A stretch of 64,000 bases of DNA from Bacillales bacterium UBA4694. GTDB taxonomy: Bacteria; Bacillota_I; Bacilli_A; RFN20; CAG-288. The stretch's first letter is position 1; the number at the start of each line of letters is the position of its first letter. Location: NCBI GenBank assembly GCA_002404835.1, contig DHKM01000035.1:32921-96920 (forward strand), written 5' to 3'. The notes beneath the pieces were generated by a model that was not told where the DNA came from, did no database searches, and was given only the letters and a program-made list of their open reading frames with translations. This document shows, in pieces, positions 61,402 through 64,000 of this stretch. The position numbers and the translations under genes were made by a program.

Positions 61402-63195
61402 ATGATTAAAATTGATGGTGTCATTCTCAAACAGATGATTATTTCCGGTTCCAACAATCTCTATAATTTCTATCCGGAAGTCGATGCTTTGAATGTTTTT
61501 CCGGTACCGGATGGAGATACTGGTACAAATATGAATTTGACCATGTCTTCCGGCGCAAAGGAAGTCTTCAATAAGAATGAAAACAATATCGGCAAGGTTG
61601 CCAGCGATTTTGCACGTGGCCTTCTGATGGGAGCCAGAGGAAACTCCGGTGTCATTCTTTCTCAGATCTTCCGTGGATTTGCCGAAGGACTCAGCGGAAA
61701 GGAAAGCGTCGATGCCTTGGGACTTGCTTCTGCTTTCATGCACGGAAAGGAAGTAGCCTATACTGCTGTTATGACTCCGGTCGAGGGAACCATCCTTACT
61801 GTTATCCGTGAATCTTCTGCCGCGTTGTATGAGAAGGCGGAAAAAGGCATGCCGATTGATGTGGCTTTGGATATCCTTTATGATGAAGCGATGAAGTCCT
61901 TGGAACGTACTCCGGATCTTCTTCCTGTTCTTAAGGAAGTGGGAGTTGTTGATAGCGGAGGTGCCGGACTTTGCAAAATTTTCGAAGGTTTCAAGAAGGC
62001 TCTCCACAATGAAATCGTAGAAAAGGAGATGGCTACGGTTACGGAAAAGACCCCTTCTTACACTACTGGGAAAATGCCTTCCAAGCAGGTTGAAGGACAT
62101 GGTTCGGTCCAAGCCAAATTCAATCACGAAGAATTCGGATATTGTACTCAGTTCCTTCTCAAACTTGCTGATCAGAATGATCTGAAGGGAAAGAAAGCCT
62201 TCAACGAAAAGAGATTCAAGGCTGTTTTGGAAGCCCATGGTAATTCCATTGTCTTCATTCATTTGGACGATCTTGTCAAGGTTCATATCCATACCATGAA
62301 GCCTGGCAACATATTCACTTATGCCCAGCAGTTCGGCGAATTCAAGACGATGAAATGCGACAATATGTCCGAACAGCATGAAGAGCTGATGGATGATTTC
62401 GAAAACGAGAAAGAAAAATTAGGCATCCAGCAGGACGGAGAGAAGTTCGATGTGGCTCTCAAGGCTGATGCCACTCTCTCCAAAGAGGAGCAGGAAAAGC
62501 ATCTCGGAATCGAGAGCAAACCTGCTGAAAAGAAAAAGTATGGTATCATTGCTGTCGGTGCTGGTGAGGGGGTAAGCAATCTCTTCAAGGAAACCAACGT
62601 CGATTATGTTGTCAGCGGTGGTCAGACGATGAATCCATCTACGGCTGATTTCGTAAAGGCAATCGAACAGGTCAATGCGGAAAACATCTTCATCCTTCCC
62701 AACAACGGAAACATCTATCTTGCGGCAAAGCAGGCCGGCGAGGTTCAGGACAAGGTTCATGTCGAAGTCATTCCGACCAAGACGATTCCGGAAGGACTTG
62801 TCGCTGCCCTTGTATTCAATCCTGACGCCGATGTCTCCGAAAATGTCCAGAACATGATTGAAAACATCAAAGGCATCAAATCCGGTGAAGTCACCTATGC
62901 CATCAAGGATACAACAATCGACGGTGTTACGGTCGAAAAGGACAAATTCATGGGTATCAGCGGAAAGAAAATCCTCTGCTGCCACAAGCATAAGACAAAT
63001 ACGCTCCTTGATCTGGTTTCTTCCATGGTCGATGAGGATTCTTCCATCATAACCGTGATCTGCGGTCAGGATGTGACTGAAGAAGAAAAGAAAGCTGTCA
63101 CCGATCTTCTTAACGAGAAGTATGGCGATGCCTGTGATATTGTTGTCCAGGACGGCGGTCAGCCGGTCTATTCCTTCTTTGTCTCAGTCGAATAG
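61402..63195 (+). CDS. DAK2 domain fusion protein YloV-like
   Basis: IDGVILKQMIISGSNNL...VFPVPDGDTGTNMNLTM...ARGNSGVILSQIFRG is the Dak2 phosphatase-domain signature, with a C-terminal YloV-type extension. Conserved asp23-yloV pairing. Confidence 0.9.
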   Translation: MIKIDGVILKQMIISGSNNLYNFYPEVDALNVFPVPDGDTGTNMNLTMSSGAKEVFNKNENNIGKVASDFARGLLMGARGNSGVILSQIFRGFAEGLSGKESVDALGLASAFMHGKEVAYTAVMTPVEGTILTVIRESSAALYEKAEKGMPIDVALDILYDEAMKSLERTPDLLPVLKEVGVVDSGGAGLCKIFEGFKKALHNEIVEKEMATVTEKTPSYTTGKMPSKQVEGHGSVQAKFNHEEFGYCTQFLLKLADQNDLKGKKAFNEKRFKAVLEAHGNSIVFIHLDDLVKVHIHTMKPGNIFTYAQQFGEFKTMKCDNMSEQHEELMDDFENEKEKLGIQQDGEKFDVALKADATLSKEEQEKHLGIESKPAEKKKYGIIAVGAGEGVSNLFKETNVDYVVSGGQTMNPSTADFVKAIEQVNAENIFILPNNGNIYLAAKQAGEVQDKVHVEVIPTKTIPEGLVAALVFNPDADVSENVQNMIENIKGIKSGEVTYAIKDTTIDGVTVEKDKFMGISGKKILCCHKHKTNTLLDLVSSMVDEDSSIITVICGQDVTEEEKKAVTDLLNEKYGDACDIVVQDGGQPVYSFFVSVE

Positions 63196-63208
63196 TTCTA
63201 TCTTCTAT

Positions 63209-63234
63209 AGCTCCAGCTTGTCTGGAGCTTTTTC
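63209..63234 (+). terminator. intrinsic terminator
   Basis: Stem agctccag / ctggagct with loop cttgt, followed by tttt. Confidence 0.75.
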
Positions 63235-63239
63235 AATGG

Positions 63240-63261
63240 AAAACGGCACCTTTCGGTGCCG
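63240..63261 (-). terminator. intrinsic terminator for the EF-G-like gene
   Basis: Stem cggcacc / ggtgccg with loop tttc. The minus strand continues with ttttcc (short T-run). Confidence 0.6.
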
Positions 63262-63267
63262 CTTGTT

Positions 63268-64000
63268 TTAACGGTTCTCTTCGATGACTTTCTCTTCCAG
63301 GTTTTTCGGAAGAGGCTCATAGCTGTTGAACTCGAGATTGAAATAGGCGGTTGCCTTGGACAGGGATTTCAGTTCGTTTGCGTATTCCATGATTTCGCTT
63401 TCCGGTGCTAGACAGATGATGTCCAAAGTATCGCCGCTGGCGTCGTTTGTCTCGAGAATCCTAGCTCTCCTCTTTGTCAGATCCGATAGAATGCTCCCTA
63501 AATATTCGTTCGGAACGTTTACGGTGATTTTGTCATAAGGTTCCAAAATAATCGGAGCACACTCCTTATAGGCGTTTCTGAAGGCGAGGATGCTGGCATT
63601 CTTGAAGGCCATTTCGTTGCTGTCGACGCTATGTTCTTTTCCGTCTTTGAGGATGGCTTTTACGCGGATGACCGGTGCTTGAATCAGACTTCCGTGTTCC
63701 AGGGCTTCATGGAATCCTTTTTCTACGGCAGGATAATAACCTTTTGAGACGTGTCCTCCGAAGACCTGCGATTCAAAGGCAATGTCGGGATTTGGAACGA
63801 ACTCCATCGTGACCACTCCATAATATCCGCTTCCGCCAGACTGTTTGATATATCTACCTTCTGCCGTTGCTTTTTTGGTAATGGTCTCACGATAGGAAAT
63901 CTTTCTTCTTTCTTCCTTGAAATGAATTTGGTATTCGTTTCTCAACTTATCCATGAAATAATTGAGGTGAGTTAGGTTGAGACCACCTAAAAGAAGCTGT
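63268..64000 (-). CDS. elongation factor G-family GTPase paralog, C-terminal part (5' end outside window)
   Basis: The reading frame stays open past the listed ATG (63954) to the window edge. YRETITKKA..GRYIKQSGGSGYYG, EHSVDSNEMAFKNA and ILEPYDKITVNVPNEYLGSILSDLTKRRARI correspond to EF-G domains III-V. It deviates from canonical FusA (GGRGQYG, YHDVDSS). Confidence 0.8.
   Translation of the reverse strand, partial: QLLLGGLNLTHLNYFMDKLRNEYQIHFKEERRKISYRETITKKATAEGRYIKQSGGSGYYGVVTMEFVPNPDIAFESQVFGGHVSKGYYPAVEKGFHEALEHGSLIQAPVIRVKAILKDGKEHSVDSNEMAFKNASILAFRNAYKECAPIILEPYDKITVNVPNEYLGSILSDLTKRRARILETNDASGDTLDIICLAPESEIMEYANELKSLSKATAYFNLEFNSYEPLPKNLEEKVIEENR

Noticed and set aside
1-64000. A search for mobile elements, prophage genes, toxin-antitoxin pairs, restriction-modification genes and CRISPR-Cas.
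   Set aside because: None of the ORFs shows transposase (DDE), integrase (R..H..R..Y), terminase, capsid, methyltransferase or Cas signatures that I can recognise. No long terminal inverted repeats or arrays were noticed by eye, though this was not an exhaustive computational scan.

Overview
This looks like a chromosomal segment of a standard-genetic-code, low-to-moderate GC Bacillota-like bacterium. The synteny gdpP-rplI-dnaB, MBL(yycJ-like)-rlmH, asp23-yloV and comFA-comFC resembles Bacilli, Erysipelotrichia or Acholeplasma-type lineages; that placement is inference only.

I call 41 protein genes (2 truncated by the window edges), 2 tRNAs (Pro-CGG, Gln-CUG), and a set of intrinsic terminators and sigma70-type promoters. 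I saw no rRNA, CRISPR array, transposase, integrase or phage genes.

Bases 1 to about 51.7 kb look accessory and are dominated by cell-surface functions:
- nine predicted lipoproteins
- two BspA-type LRR proteins
- membrane-tethered glycosidases (two domain-permuted GH3, one GH5)
- an ABC ATPase-FtsX-like fusion
- an 887-aa membrane protein with an E/K/R-rich helix

Bases 52 to 64 kb are ordinary housekeeping genes.

Most noteworthy findings:
1. A stand-alone 1931-aa Upf1-like SF1 helicase carries a PD-(D/E)xK-like nuclease module and an N-terminal transglutaminase-like Cys-His core. It is a candidate single-gene defence or genome-surveillance enzyme of an uncharacterised family.
2. An AgrC-type (HPK10) kinase and LytTR regulator pair has no AgrB/AgrD. 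It is bracketed by same-strand 11-bp direct repeats (YATGYAARYGG) with 21-bp phasing, upstream of its own operon and of a lipoprotein-membrane protein-GH3 operon.
3. A bacterial SNF2 ATPase is translationally coupled to an unrecognisable 455-aa partner.
4. GH3 genes are repeatedly paired with lipoproteins built from a roughly 95-aa module, six tandem copies in one protein.

All domain calls come from motifs read by eye; no database search was possible.
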